Shown: positions 51,101 to 63,576 of the stretch, in pieces
How the letters are laid out: each line of letters starts with the position of its first letter
How positions within the stretch are numbered: position 1 is the stretch's first letter
Source of the DNA: Aplysia californica
Lineage: Eukaryota
DNA length: 64,000 nt
Assembly (NCBI RefSeq): GCF_000002075.1
Contig: NW_004797294.1
Location: 308,491-372,490, forward strand
Reading direction: 5' to 3'
Translations under genes and position numbers: made by a program
Notes under the pieces: generated by a model
What the model saw: only the letters and a program-made list of their open reading frames with translations
The model's database searches: none
What the model was told of the DNA's origin: nothing

Positions 51101-52352
51101 TCTTTGCTCTCAACTCCTTGACATACGTCTGTCTTCCTTGAATCTCTATTTAATAACAGTTCTGTCGTCATCTATGTCAGTACATGGTGATCTCTAAAGC
51201 CTGGATTGTAATTGCTAATGTTATCAACATTCTCATTGCGCGTTTTTAAATATGTATGGCAATTTAACACTTAACGAAAAGTGATGGACGTTGGAAATTT
51301 CACTTGGAAAGTAAAACATGATTACAGTTTTAACAAATCGTCACAAATTAGGCTAACATGATACAATAATTATGTATGTAATACTTAACACTGTCATGCG
51401 AACCTTTTTCTTCTTATCGTATGTCGATAATTTGGTTTTAAAAAATGGACAGGGAACAACAAAAAAAGAACAGAAAAAAACACCGACTACTGTATAAATC
51501 GGTACTACCTCTTGTAACAATATCAATCAACCTTTCTCCAAAATGGAGCAAAGCGCAGCACTTGAGAGAACCTGGGCCTGTCAGACGTTGTAAGCACTTT
51601 ATAAACAGCTAGAGAAACTACAAGTTCTTAAACTGTTTACTTACGTACTTACTTACTTGCTTACCTACTTACCTACTTACCTACTTACTTCCTTACTTAC
51701 TTACTTACTTACTTTCAGTATATCGAAGGGCTTCATTCAACTTTAAACCTGCACATTCAGTTATGATGTCTTCCCATCTCTTTTTTTCTGTCGAATTTCC
51801 TTATTCCACTGTTTGCGAGAACTGAGTTGTACAGTACTCATTACTGACACATAGTATGCCCACACTGTATTAAAAGCTCGAGATAATCAGATCAATTTTT
51901 TTTAATTTGACACTTAGCGAATAAGGTGTAAAGANNNNNNNNNNNNNNNNNNNNNNNNNNNNNNNNNNNNNNNNNNNNNNNNNNNNNNNNNNNNNNNNNN
52001 NNNNNNNNNNNNNNNNNNNNNNNNNNNNNNNNNNNNNNNNNNNNNNNNNNNNNNNNNNNNNNNNNNNNNNNNNNNNNNNNNNNNNNNNNNNNNNNNNNNN
52101 NCTCGCTCTCTCTCTCTCTCTCGTTCTCTTTCTCTCTCTATCTTTCTTTCGCCCTCTACACCTCTTTCCCCTTCTNNNNNNNNNNNNNNNNNNNNNNNNN
52201 NNNNNNNNNNNNNNNNNNNNNNNNNNNNNNNNNNNNNNNNNNNNNNNNNNNNNNNNNNNNNNNNNNNNNNNNNNNNNNNNNNNNNNNNNNNNNNNNNNNN
52301 NNNNNNNNNNNNNNNNNNNNNNNNNNNNNNNNNNNTCTCGCACCCACCCATC

Positions 52353-52425
<73 letters not shown>

Positions 52426-53145
52426 CCTCCTAATGTTGCCTAATGCTGGAGTCAAAACACAAAAGCAGTGCAATAAAAGTTTTTGAGCACCCCTCCATTT
52501 GGTATGTACACAACTATGTGGTGAGTGGACTCCCACAGAGCTACTCAAATGTGTCGGTACACTAATAGTTAGAAACGGTACAAAGTTTCATTATACTTTC
52601 TGCCAAAGACCACATACTTTACAAAAAGGCAAGTCAACAAAGCGCTCTAAGGCCATTATAGGAAACTGATTCCATGAAACCACAGTTCAACGAGAAGTTA
52701 CATAATATTAAATGACGCTTGTGTTTCCGTGGTGGATACCTCCAAAATGGGAGAGGAGAGAGGAGGGGTAGAGAGAGTAGAGAGCTACAGAAAGAGACAG
52801 AGTGGGAAAGNNNNNNNNNNNNNNNNNNNNNNNNNNNNNNNNNNNNNNNNNNNNNNNNNNNNNNNNNNNNNNNNNNNNNNNNNNNNNNNNNNNNNNNNNN
52901 NNNNNNNNNNNNNNNNNNNNNNNNNNNNNNNNNNNNNNNNNNNNNNNNNNNNNNNNNNNNNNNNNNNNNNNNNNNNNNNNNNNNATCCGGTCAACCTGTT
53001 CAGGCCATTCCAGAAACTGGTTGGGTTCAAACGGGTCATAGTCCGTACTAGAAGAGGCAGGGAATCTGTGGAGTCAAATCTATAAAAGAATGTTTTCTTT
53101 AGATGAAGTTTGTATTTCTGTGCCTTAGTCAAATTTTTGTTCATT

Positions 53146-54909
53146 ATGAAGAAAAGTATACCGATATTATATCTCTTCTTCCTATCTGCCTCAGCGCAGA
53201 CATACGAACAAACCAAAGCACTTTACGACGACAAACTTAGCCCAAGTGTTTATAACCCAGACGTGAGTACCTACCACTGTTAATATTATTACTCTGCCTT
53301 GTCATTAATACAATAAATACTAATACTAATAATCAAAAATAGTATTTTTCAACAGGCTCCAAACCGGGACAATACACCTCTAGACCCGTTACAATACCGT
53401 TATCTTGACACAACATATTTGTCGTGTATAACATACAAACATACGATCTTTTAATTAACGCTAACAAATAATAAGCAGAGATTGTATCTGTACTGTCACA
53501 ACACATTCAAATGCCATCTTCACATCACACTGTGAACATAAAAGTATTATGAATAAGAAGGGCTCTCTATAAAAATAAAAAAAAAATATATATATAGTCT
53601 GATGTATTATGCGTTTAGCTGAATTTATAATCGTTAGATTCCTCGTCTTGTGTTCATTTAGCTTTTTTTTCTTCAGCAAGCTTTTTTATGTCAGAGCCAG
53701 ATCTTCTTTAGCGAATGCTCTCTTCTCTCTTTGTTGATAGTTCATCATGGTCACTTTTTTTGCATTGTGTTTTACGGTTTCAGGTGAGACCTACTGACGA
53801 CCAGGCTAGTGTACTGAAGGTGCAAGTTTACTTTACTTTGATGTACATTGTTGGTCTTGATGACGTCACTGCAACATTCACCTGTAACGGTTTTCTCAGA
53901 CTGAGCTGGTTTGATCAGGTATAGTAAAATAACTTTACATGTTGCCAGACATTGTTCATATGCTTGTTTATTTGCTTTGATATATATTTATATAATTGCA
54001 GTTTCTTAATTTGTGGGATTGGTTGCATGTGTTCAGGAAACATTTTGTCGAAATTCATATTCTAAATGTTGAAGTATAGAAAGCCTTGTGCGAATTCTAA
54101 AATATTATTTAACTTAAATGTTTTGTTAGTTTTGTTTGTTTTTTCTTTATTCATGCTTTTTCCTTTGTTTTCCTTCTTGGAAAGGGGGGGGGGGTGAGAG
54201 TTGGAGAGAGAAATGGGGGAGGAAGGCTGGGGGGGGTTCTTAATGCTTTTGTTCCAGTTTTTTTCCTTTGTTTTTAAAATGTGCGCGTGTGTGGGAGGGG
54301 GTTGGGGTCATAGACGTTACAATTTTGATTCCCACCTCTTCAGTTTCTCTTCAGAGTTGGCCAGGCCACATTAAACCTATTCCTTACAAGTCATACAATT
54401 GTCTTGTTTTTGGTTGATTCGTTGCAAACTTGCAGAAATCGAGGATCCACGATGTTAGTCCTTGTTTTTTTATTAGTATTAAAATTTTCATCTAACTCNN
54501 NNNNNNNNNNNNNNNNNNNNNNNNNNNNNNNNNNNNNNNNNNNNNNNNNNNNNNNNNNNNNNNNNNNNNNNNNNNNNNNNNNNNNNNNNNNNNNNNNNNN
54601 NNNNNNNNNNNNNNNNNNNNNNNNNNNNNNNNNNNNNTGTTGGCATTCAGTTGTTTGTTTTCTTAATTGTTTGTTTGTTTTCCTCCAAAGCGTCTAACTT
54701 GGAACGAAAGCGAATACGGCGGTGTTACAGTTATTCACCCGAAGCCTCAACAAATCTGGAGACCTCGGGTTATGCTTCTAAACACGGTTGGAGAAAGAGA
54801 CATCTTTAAGGATGATTTTGTGTGAGATTTTCATTTGTTTTGTGTTATGCTTAAGGTTCTGTTTAGGGAAAGGTGGTGGGGGTTGAGATAGGAGCATATG
54901 TAGAGAAAT

Positions 54910-54965
<56 letters not shown>

Positions 54966-56092
54966 TGAGAGACATACCACAGCACAAAGTGTTTGTTTAA
55001 GTAAGATTTTACGGCGCCACAAGTGCATAAGGCAATAGAGCGCCAAGGGGTTGAAGACAACAGAGAAGTCCATACGGAAAATCAGGCTTACTTTGCTCAC
55101 TTCTCTAGCCTCTACAGCACAAAGTCTGCTTTGACTATGAAGGCACCCCGGAAATAGCAGATCACAAGATAGTGACAAACAAGTAGAAGAGGTAGAGAAA
55201 AAAAATGACGATAGTAAGGATGGGGAAAGAAAAAGCAGCAATTCCCCCTATGTTGTTCCAGCACAGCATTAGCATAACATTGATAAATCAGCCCATTTAC
55301 AATTCTACTGTGCTTAAGAACATGTTAATATCTCCCCTTTTGGGAATGGCCTAAAGACACTTCAGTCAGTAGCACTGCACTGGGTGGGTAGGGGTTGGAG
55401 GGGGGCGTAACACAATACCAGACCGTGGTACCATGCCACAGTAATTACTAATAATGTTATGCCATAGTACATTGCAATACCAACACTTCCATTCCATTGT
55501 ACTATACTACAGCGCTATGCCATACCATAGAACAATACTGTACACACCATATCATAATGCTGTGTTACCATAGCACCCTCAATGTGGCCATCCACAGGGC
55601 AGTATATCGGAACAGCGTAGTTTTCAAATTTATTGTACTGAGAACAATAGGGAAGGTATATTGGAACGGCGTATGTATCGCCGACAGCAGTTCAGGGAGG
55701 ATTACTTTAGGAATGAGAAAGATAAACCCGATTATTGCAGATAAATTTGTCCTTGTTTGTAGCGGGTTATCAACTCGAATCTTTTTTTTTTCATCTTTCC
55801 TGTCAGCTTTGCGCTTTCTGTTCGTTGTCATTTTCATCTTGAGGATGATTCACGTGACTTTACGGACACTTGTACACAACACGGGACACATTATAGTAAG
55901 TACTGGTAAAGTGCGGGACTTCTTACTGCTGTCTTTCAGCCACACCCCTGATCTTCAGGTAGGAAAGATCTACACCTAGCCTTCTCGGACAANNNNNNNN
56001 NNNNNNNNNNNNNNNNNNNNNNNNNNNNNNNNNNNNNNNNNNNNNNNNNNNNNNNNNNNNNNNNNNNNNNNNNNNNNNNNNNNNNNNNNNNN

Positions 56093-56131
<39 letters not shown>

Positions 56132-59100
56132 AAGAGAGAGAGAGAGAGACAGAGAGACTGAGAGAGAGACAGAGAAAATGAGAGACATACCATAGCACAA
56201 TGTGTTTGTTTTAGTAAGATTTTACGGCGCTCACAAGTGCATAAGGCAATATGAGCACCAAGGGGTTGATGTCAACAGAGAAGTCCATACGGAAAATCAC
56301 ATCACCCTTACTTTGCTCACCTCTCTAGCCTCTACAGCACAAAGTCTGCTTCGACTATCAAGGCACCCCGGAAATAGCAGATCAGAAGAAAGTGACAAAA
56401 AAGCAGAAGTAGAGAAAAAATGACGATAGTAAGGATGGGGAAAGAAAAAGCAGCAATTCCCTCTATGTTGTTCCGGCACAGCATTAGCATAACATTGATA
56501 AATCAGCCCATTTACAAGTCTACTATGCTTAAGAACATGTTAATATCCCCCTTTTTGGGAATGGCCTAAAGACACTTCAGTCAGTAGCACTGTACTGGGG
56601 GGGGGGTAGGGGTTGGAGGGGGTGGGCGTAGCACAATACCAGACCGTGGTACCAAACCACAGTATTTACTAATAATGTTATGCCATAGCACATTGCAATA
56701 CTAACAATGCCATTCCATTGTACTATACTACAGCACTATGCCATACCATAGAACAATACTGTACACACCACATCATAATGCTGTGTTACACGAGAGGGAA
56801 CAGCCATACCATAGCACCCTCAATGTGGCCATCCACAGGGCAGTATATCGGAACGGCGTAGTTTTCAAATTTATTGTACTGAGAACAATAGGGAATGTAT
56901 ATTGGAACGGCGTATGTATCGCCGACAGCAGTTCATGGAAGATTACTTTAGGAATGAGAAAGATAAACCCGATTATTGCAGATAAATTTGTCCTTGTTTG
57001 TAGCTGGTTATCAACTCGAATCTTTTTTTTCATGTTCCCTGTCAGCTTTGCGCTTTCTGTTCGTTGTCATTTTCATCTTGAGAATGATTCACGTGACTTT
57101 ACGGACACTTGTACACCACAGCGGGACACATTATAGTAAGTACTGGTAAAGTGCGGGACTTCTTACTGCTGTCTTTCAGCCACACCCCTGATCTTCAGGT
57201 AGGAAAGATCTACACCTAGCCTTCTCGGACAAGAGCGAAAAATCTCGGAGAGCCCGTGTGCAAGTTGCGCACGTTAAAGATCCCTGGTGGTCTAAAATCG
57301 ATAAGAGTAGGCTTCGGCAGCCACCCGGGAAAAATTCAAAATTTTCTACCAACTAAAAATATTAGGAGTGTCCCGCGCGCTCATGTGACCTTATGCAGTT
57401 GCGAGCGCCGTAAAACACTTTACAAAAACAAAAAGTGCGGGACTCGTGACTCGCAAGCAGAGAAACATACACACTAAGTATTCGGTCGATTTAATGTGCA
57501 AAATTGAACCTACTATGTAGTATTCGACTATCATGATCAAAGAGACGTATGCGCCGTTACTATAACAAAAATTATGCCGTTCCGACATATTATGCCATTA
57601 CGTATTTACGCCGTTCCGATAACCTGCCATCCACAGGCCTCTACTAGTGGACAAATCAGGATACGCTTCATGGATTCCGGGCGCACTCTTCAACGTGCAC
57701 TGTGAGATGGACGTGACCAACTTCCCTTTCGATGAACAGACGTGCACACTGGAGGTGTGAGGGAACTATACTTTTTTTTTCTTTTGGTTTTTGATTTAGT
57801 ATTAGTACGAGTTTAACTGCAAAATGCAACACAATTGATTATATTATTATAGTTGTCGAAGATTGCACGTATTTCAAGTGCGTAACTTGTAAAGAAAAGG
57901 AGTACGATAGATGTTTGGTAGGAAACAACAGCGAACCACAGTAGAGCACACACTATTCTGAGTGTATACAAGGAAACGTTGGATAACGCTTCGGACTTTG
58001 CCATGTTTAATTTATTTACCAGTTTCCTAAAAATATCATGGAGAAATCTGGCGATTTTTCAATTATTTTTTAATATATATATTTTTTATTTTTTTTGGGT
58101 GGAGGACACGGTTGTTAGAGGGCACTACATGCACAGCCATCTATTCTCTTAACCAGATATGTATTTTCTTTTGATAAGATATCATATAATTTACTATTAG
58201 TGCCCGAATGCTTCCTCTTAAGTCTTTAGTAAAATGAAGTTAAAGCAGTCAACAAAAAGCAATGAACTAAAATCTGAAAATGAATTCACTCTGCCTGTTT
58301 TGCTTAACTATGTAAAAAAAAAAAAGTAAACTATTAGTTTCAAGGTACTGAAATTCAAGTCAAACATTAATTAACTAAAAGCAATGGATACGAGGATGCA
58401 TTTTCCAACTTCTTTTTCTTTTATTAGTTATATGATTCACAACCTGTATTATTTCATCATGGAAACGTATAAATGAATGAGCGTTTTCAGTGACATGGGC
58501 TGACGATCATAAATACTGAAAAAATAATACACTTATTTTTAAAAAGGATAAAACTACAAACTCTCTTTCTCTCTGACTAGTTTCGTCTTAACCTCTTTGG
58601 CGTTCGAAGAGCTTCACAGAAAGGAAGCTGTATAGCTCAAAAGGTGTTTTCATGGCTATAATATTTTAAAACTTGGTGAATCAATTACTTCTAAAGAAAG
58701 TATCAGATAATCAAAATAAATGGGCTATTCTCTGCGAACAACAGTCACTAAAATTCAAATTGGTTAATGGCATAGTATTATTACATAATGCACTTTTGTT
58801 ATCGAAAACCAGATTCATTGCTAAAAAGTTAGGTATCTTATCCTGACTCTGACGACACGCCCCCCCCCCTCCCTGCGCCCCACATCCCACTCAACCTTCC
58901 ACTGACCCCTTATTTCTTTCTTCACTCCTATATTATTCAGTTCTTCAGCATGAACTATATACTTGCTGAGGTCGAGTTCGTTTCCGAGACAACCACGGTG
59001 TTTACGGGCGTCCTGAAGCCCCACGGGGAATGGGATCTTCTCAACGCAACAATCATCGCTTATGGAAGTAAACTTTCGGATGACAACTTGGCACCCATTG

Positions 59101-59310
59101 AAGTAAGGAACAATCAGGAACATAGGTCAACAGGTTGTCAATGTGCNNNNNNNNNNNNNNNNNNNNNNNNNNNNNNNNNNNNNNNNNNNNNNNNNNNNNN
59201 NNNNNNNNNNNNNNNNNNNNNNNNNNNNNNNNNNNNNNNNNNNNNNNNNNNNNNNNNNNNNNNNNNNNNNNNNNNNNNNNAATGATAATAATAATAAACA
59301 GATTAGTAAA

Positions 59311-59376
<66 letters not shown>

Positions 59377-62300
59377 CGAAACAGTAATAATAACAACGAT
59401 AAAGACGATATNNNNNNNNNNNNNNNNNNNNNNNNNNNNNNNNNNNNNNNNNNNNNNNNNNNNNNNNNNNNNNNNNNNNNNNNNNNNNNNNNNNNNNNNN
59501 NNNNNNNNNNNNNNNNNNNNNNNNNNNNNNNNNNNNNNNNNNNNNNNNNNNNNNNNNNNNNNNNNNNNNNNNNNNNNACAATAATAATAATATGTAATAG
59601 TCATAATGATGATACTAACGATAATTCAACGATAATAATAACAACAGTCATAATAATGATATTAGTAGAAATAGTAACACAATATGTAATAATCATAATA
59701 ATTCAATGATTATAAAAACAATTTTTAAAAAAATATTGTTAATAAAATNNNNNNNNNNNNNNNNNNNNNNNNNNNNNNNNNNNNNNNNNNNNNNNNNNNN
59801 NNNNNNNNNNNNNNNNNNNNNNNNNNNNNNNNNNNNNNNNNNNNNNNNNNNNNNNNNNNNNNNNNNNNNNNNNNNNNNNNNNNNNNNNNNNNNNNNNNNN
59901 NNNNNNNNNNNNNNNNNNNNNNNNNNNNNNNNNNNNNNNNNNNNNNNNNNNNNNNNNNNNNNNNNNNNNNNNNNNNNNNNNNNNNNNNNNNNNNNNNNNN
60001 NNNNNNNNNNNNNNNNNNNNNNNNNNNNNNNNNNNNNNNNNNNNNNNNNNNNNNNNNNNNNNNNNNNNNNNNNNNNNNNNNNNNNNNNNNNNNNNNNNNN
60101 NNNNNNNNNNNNNNNNNNNNAAACAATTATTGTTTATTAGCCCAAAAGACCCTAAAACACTCAGAACATTATCGGCCTCCCAAGAAGCATACAGTGCAAG
60201 CTGCAGATTGCATGCGCTCAAACACTACCAGATTGACAAGATCTGTCAATAGCCTGGTGCACAATCCAACCTAAGTGAAATGAGGGAAATTCCTGTAAAA
60301 TTCCTTTCGCAAGGATACAAACTGACTGCTACTGATCTAGATCTAGATATAACCGTAACTATTTCAAATTTAACATTGGGAAATGTTTCATCAAAGTATA
60401 AATGAAAAAGCAAAGGAACGGGAAAAAGGGAGTAAAAGGGTTGGGGTGGGGGTGGGTGTATAAACATTTCCCCCAAAAATAAACTGTAACTATAATTTAT
60501 ATTGTTTTTTGTTACATGGCGGATATCATTTTTGTAACTATTGTCAACATGACAATGTAGTAACCATGCTTCAANNNNNNNNNNNNNNNNNNNNNNNNNN
60601 NNNNNNNNNNNNNNNNNNNNNNNNNNNNNNNNNNNNNNNNNNNNNNNNNNNNNNNNNNNNNNNNNNNNNNNNNNNNNNNNNNNNNNNNNNNNNNNNNNNN
60701 NNNNNNNNNNNNNNNNNNNNNNNNTGATTTTACCTTGTATTTTTTTTAAACAGTTCACCGATTAAAGGTGGTTGGAGCACGCTATTTATAGATCCTACTT
60801 CTTTTCTTTCCTTCCTTTCTTTCTGTCTGTCTTGTCTTATTATTCCCAGCACTATAGACCGTTACCATGCCGATGTGTGTCAATTTATTCAAACAAACAG
60901 ACTTCTTTTCATTCCCCCTGTTATTGCCATCTGTCTGTTTGCCTCATTTTTTCCAGCACAAAATAACCATTATTGTGTCACTGTTCTTCTCTACCCAAAC
61001 AAGCAAATTACGTCTCTCTCCCTCTGTTGTTACTGTCTGTCTTATTTTGCCTAGCACTAAATGGCCATTATTATGTCGATGTTTTCCTCTTTAATAAAAC
61101 AAACAAACGCCTACAGATCGAGATCAAGCTCCGTAGACGGCCAATGTTCCTGTTCATGAACACTATACTACCCATCATGGTCCTTTCCCTTCTCAACATC
61201 ATGGTCTTCCTCATACCACAGGAATCAGGAGAGAAACTCAGTTTTGGTAAGCACTATTGACTTTGTTATTTAAGTATTGTCAAAGATCTTTCATAACAAG
61301 ATAGTTCACTCGGCCAAAAAAAGTGTCCGCGGAAGTCCACGCATTGGTTCAGAAGGCGCTGATGTCTTTGTTTTGAAGCTCTCTTTCGTTTCTACAGAAG
61401 AAGAATAGGAAAAGCATAGTTTGTTAGTTTCGCTTTCCATTGTTTTTCACACAAGTAGGGTAACTCTGTTCGCAAAGTCCGCATCTTTTAGAAGAGGGCG
61501 CCGCCGGATTTTTAAGGACACTTTTTTAAACTGGCTCAAAGAGAGGAGTGAACTATTTTGTTATGTACGATCTTTGGGTTTTTTTAAGCTGTGGTGCGAG
61601 GAAGACGGCGATTCAATTCTTGCGGAAGGATGTTATATTAATCGAGTATCCCAGTATGCTTGAAACCTTCTCAGTCTGGGCTGGTCGTCGAACTATTTTC
61701 TGTATTATAACGTAAAGTATTTGCAACCACTTACTGACTACGATAGGCTTGTTGTCGTTGAAAACAAAAGAACATAGACTAGCCTGGATATGGCAGTATG
61801 TGCAACGGCAGCCCGTGACCGTGACAGATGGAGTGTCATTACACCTCACCCTGTGAGTCAGAGATTACGCCTCCGGGTATCCAGGTATCCAGGTATCCAG
61901 GATGCCACTGACTGCCATTGATGTGTAGTTTACCGCGAGCTGACTTGGCAATTGCCATGTATCGCCAGAATCAAGGTATCCAGGTTGTAAGCAACTGCCA
62001 TTGATGTGTAGTTTACCTCGAGCTGGCTAGGCAATGGCCATGTATCGCTAAAATCAGTTCTAGGTAATGCATGTCAGTGACCACAATGGGAAGTATTTCA
62101 AGCATATACAACAGCAAACGGCATCAAGATACCAAGGAATTGTGTGAGAGTGGGTGGGGGGAGGGTTGCAATAAAACAGAGTGTGTTGATTTCTAGGGGT
62201 CGGGGAGGGGAGGGGAGGGGAGGGGAGGGGAGGGGTGATTGGCTAAAATATATATCTAATGAATAAGTATTGGTGAAGGAAGAGGAAAAATACTCTAGTT

Positions 62301-63576
62301 ATGTCACATGGTGAAATCAAGTCGTCGTTCTTCTTTCTTTAATAGAAGTTGAGATATTTGCAATCGAAGGTGAAAGTCAACTGCTGTTAGAGAAAGAATA
62401 AGTGAGAAAATGGCTACAAAATGTTAGTGGCTTCCAGAGCTTGAGCGTCCTAGGAAGCTGTAAATTTACCTAAAAAGTGTGTATGCCTTTGATCAGCGTC
62501 AGTAAGTAGAATCCATACAGAAATGTGTATGTGTATTTTGACATGGACATTAATGATGTTCAAAAATTTGTAAAAGTTTATCAGAATTTTCCAACGACCG
62601 GAAAAAATGCCGGTGTCTTCGATTTCATTATTATGACGAGAGACTGATTTCACCACGATGCTACACAAATATTCCCTTTGTTTCTCACAGGCATCACCGT
62701 ACTCCTGGCCCTCACGTTGTGTCTAAGCCTCACTAGCACAATGCTGCCGCGGTCTGCCACAGACATGGCTCTCCTTCTCATCTACATCTCCATCCTCCTC
62801 GTCATCTCCCTCCTCACCGTCATCGTCACTGTCATTGTCTCCTTCTTCCACTATAAAGAAGAGGTAAGTTTGCCTCACAGAGAGCATTTTTGAATTTTAA
62901 TGTCAACACATCTGTTTATTGTAAACGTCCTGATGTGTTTATAATTAACATACTTTTGAAAAAGGTATCTCTTATGTGATTTAACTCGTTTTCTTGTTTC
63001 ATATGAAATGTTTATGCTTTTATGTTGTATGTGTGAAGATTTTCTCTCAGTAGTCACGCCACGTAAAGCACTCAGAGAGTACTCTTGTGTGGGTTCGAGT
63101 TTTATACAGATGCAGGCTATTATTGTCATCGNNNNNNNNNNNNNNNNNNNNNNNNNNNNNNNNNNNNNNNNNNNNNNNNNNNNNNNNNNNNNNNNNNNNN
63201 NNNNNNNNNNNNNNNNNNNNNNNNNNNNNNNNNNNNNNNNNNNNNNNNNNNNNNNNNNNNNNNNNNNNNNNNNNNNNNNNNNNNNGTCGGTAGACTAAAA
63301 GAAAAAATGAGCCCCATCAGACCGTCCTGGAAAGCCTCCTCCAAATCGTCAGTGGCATTCGTGAACCAAGAGAAATGTGTCTATCCCGAACTGAAGCTAC
63401 CTATGGATATGGACGAAATTCCAGATGAGAACTATTCCCCTAAGCATTCCCACGGCTGGTCCTACAAACGGATAGCGAGATGGATAAATAACGTCTGCTT
63501 TGCTATCTTTCTCTTTGTCTGGTGTTCTGTCACTGTACTATTTTTCGTTTTGCTTACTAGAAAATCCCACACTTAA
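53146..63576 (+). CDS. Gene 3: divergent nAChR-like Cys-loop channel subunit, close paralog of gene 2, 8 exons, about 421 aa
   Basis: join(53146..53262,53784..53918,54691..54821,57637..57754,58941..59102,61117..61246,62691..62863,<63286..63576). The last acceptor and about 3 codons fall in the N gap. MKKSIPILYLFFLSASAQTYEQ; Cys-loop CEMDVTNFPFDEQTC; ESGEKLSFGITVLLALTL; M4 RWINNVCFAIFLFVW. Confidence 0.92.
54990..55400 (-). mobile_element. ~400 bp non-LTR retroelement 3' fragment sharing its tail with SINE family A (also at 33586-33974, 36449-36847, 56205-56625)
   Basis: Four homologous copies begin with the reverse complement of the family A tail (ttttacggcgctc...gcataaggtcatatgagcgc) followed by a different body. 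Confidence 0.7.
56839..57628. mobile_element. Non-autonomous DNA transposon (MITE) with 22 bp TIRs and 8 bp TSD ATCCACAG at the gene 3 exon 4 acceptor
   Basis: Left end ggcagtatatcggaacggcgta; right end tacgccgttccgataacctgcc (2 mismatches to the inverted left end). TSD copies at 56831-56838 and 57629-57636. A partial duplicate starts at 55598. Confidence 0.88.
57161..57431 (+). mobile_element. 5'-truncated SINE family A copy nested in the MITE
   Basis: Matches the 3' half of 19414-19942. 13 bp TSD aaagtgcgggact at 57148-57160 and 57432-57444. Confidence 0.88.
61281..61576. mobile_element. Shorter, inverted copy of the same MITE family in gene 3 intron 6
   Basis: TIR caaagatctttcataacaagatagttcactc / gagtgaactattttgttatgtacgatctttg. 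The body is the reverse complement of 24703-25197. Confidence 0.8.

Noticed and set aside
54910-57231. Tandem duplication in gene 3 intron 3
   Set aside because: The copies abut a 100-N gap (55993-56092) like the other artefactual duplications, and no exon is included.
10837-63576. Assigning a CHRNA/CHRNB or cephalopod CR gene symbol, or a species
   Set aside because: Orthology and taxon cannot be established without a phylogeny or database search.
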